NCBI RefSeq assembly: GCF_009914755.1 | Contig: NC_060940.1 | Source of the DNA: the human T2T-CHM13v2.0 reference genome, Homo sapiens | Strand: one strand, 5' to 3' | DNA: 64,000 bases | The notes under the pieces: generated by a model | The model's database searches: none | Told to the model about the DNA's origin: nothing | What the model saw: only the letters and a program-made list of their open reading frames with translations | In this document: piece after piece, positions 61,751 to 64,000 of the stretch | Numbering within the stretch: position 1 is the stretch's first letter | How the letters are laid out: every line of letters begins with the position of its first letter | Translations under genes and position numbers: made by a program

Positions 61751-62036
61751 CTGGGGTTCTAGAGGACCAGGGGTGACCCTGTAGAAGAATGGGCCATTGT
61801 TGAGTAAGAGGGGGCCCTGCCTGGCAGCCCTTGCTGAGTTTGCTTGAGGGGCTAGAAACAAAACTCAGTGTGGGGTGCTGGGTATGGCCCAGGAGGGCTC
61901 TGAACTCAGTGCCTATAGATTGGAATTTGAATCCCAGCTCTGTCTTGAACAGCTGTATGGCCTTGAGAATGTCACTTACTCTTTCTGAGGTTCAGTTTCC
62001 ATGCCTGTTACATGGCATCTAACTCATGGGGGTGTT

Positions 62037-62542
62037 GTAAGCAAAGTAAATTATGTGGAATTTAGAAGATAATTAATGATATGAAGAAAAATAAAACCTG
62101 GAAGGATGATGAGGAACGCCTGACAGGGGGATGGGATAAAATAAGAGGATTTATGCAAAACGAGCAGCTCAGTACCTAGAAGGCAGGAGCCCCTCACGCA
62201 TCACCACCCTGGCCTCATCTCCTAGGGGAGAAAGATCTCCACTCACCCTGCTCCAGCCACACTGGTGTCCCTGCCAGTCCTCCAATACAATGTCTGGGCC
62301 TCTACACTTGTGGTTTCCCCTGTTAGGGAGGCTCTTCACCCAGGTGGACTCAGGGTTCACCCCTTAGCTCGTTCCAGTCTTTGCCCAAATGTCACTTCCA
62401 CAGTTGGGCCTTTCCTGGCCACTTTGTTTAAATTTGTAAGTGCCCCATCCCCCTCTCAGGCGTTCCTCATCCTCCTTCCAGGCTTTATTTTCCTTCATAG
62501 CATTAATTTTCTTCTAAACTCCACATAATTTACTTTGCTTAC
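62037..62542. repeat. 99-bp inverted repeat (62037-62135 / 62444-62542), 308-bp spacer
   Basis: Manual ungapped alignment 92/99. Confidence 0.93.
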
Positions 62543-62739
62543 CTGGTGATAGGTGCTCAGTAAATATTTGTTGAATGAATAAAGAAAAGGCTGTTGATAT
62601 TATTAGCATCGTTATTACTGTCAGAGTTTGCAGCCTTTGGCTATCTGCTGCCCAACTGTTATTAAATACTGATGGAGATGACTAACATTCATTTCACTAA
62701 ATTTTAACATCTGTGGGTTTTAGTCCTAGCGCTTTGCTC

Positions 62740-63126
<387 letters not shown>

Positions 63127-63533
63127 TGATCAATTGATTACATTTACTATTAAGACCGTTTTCCATCTGCCTATTAGAAAAGCTCTTTTTGGTTGAACCA
63201 CACTCACTGAATATCTGAATGTCTTAATTTGAACTCATCATGTCCCTTTCAACTTTTCTTGGCAATTATTCCTTTTCTGGATGTTGTGTTTGCAAATAAT
63301 TCCTGGGATGTGTTTGACTCTTTTTTCTCCCAGGCCTAAATCAACAATCTAGTCTGGCATATATTATTTTGACATCTTTCACACTTGTCAACTGTTAGTC
63401 ACAAACTAAAACACTTGGGTTATTATCCCAAATGTCCTTCATTCATTTTCCTTCACTCTTGCACACAGTTGTTTCTTGACATAACATAGGCACTTTTATG
63501 ATGATACTCATTTACTGATAAAGCTGCTGCTGC

Positions 63534-63826
63534 TTTTTTTTTTTTTGACAGAGTCTTGCTCTCTTGCCCAGGCTGGGGTGCAGTGGTGCAATCTTGGCTC
63601 ACTGCAACCTCCGCCTCCTGAGTTCAAGTAATTCTCCTGCCTCAGCCTCCTGAGTAACTGGGATTACAGGCATGCACCACCACGGCCGGCTAATTTTTGT
63701 ATTTTTAGTAGAGACGAGGTTTCACCATTTTGGCCAAACTGGTCTCAAACGCCTGACCTCAGGTGATCCACCTACCTCGGCCTCCCAAAGTGCTGGGATT
63801 ACAGGCGTGAGCCACTGTGCCCGGCT
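63534..63826 (-). mobile_element. Alu
   Basis: Reverse dimer. Confidence 0.95.
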
Positions 63827-64000
63827 TAAAGCTTCTTTTTATAAAATAACATTAATTTCTTTCTGATTAGAAAAGAACAGGATTTAATTTCTAAAACATA
63901 GAACATACAGAAAAAATGAGTTAATTGAAATCATACATCATCTTACTTAGAGAAACATTCATATTTTGTTACGTATGGGATTAATATATACTTTTTAAAA

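Overview
Primate, almost certainly human, genomic DNA: the UMOD-PDILT locus (16p12.3), with both genes on the minus strand. The window holds the UMOD promoter and exons 1-6 (the gene continues off the left edge) and the complete 12-exon PDILT gene (584 codons, SKQS/SKKC non-canonical active sites, C-terminal KEEL). I checked the main exon boundaries by hand for GT-AG and phase. The rest is repeat-rich (about 30 Alus, L1, L2/MIR, MaLR/ERV solo LTRs, hAT MITEs, STRs). The haplotype carries GTA at UMOD codon 264, which I recall as the c.792G>A minor allele, so it is probably not the hg38 haplotype. The most unusual signal is five short (18-99 bp) locally templated insertions. Each interrupts a transposon and copies sequence 0.3-6.7 kb away: a UMOD upstream fragment copied into intron 4, an inverted copy of the PDILT 3'UTR poly(A) signal inside a downstream Alu, a 99-bp inverted repeat upstream of PDILT exon 1, and two more. 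Also noted: a candidate L1 3' transduction, a consensus CTCF site, HNF1-like sites and an allele-strengthened cryptic splice donor. Repeat subfamily names and rsIDs are from memory and need checking.
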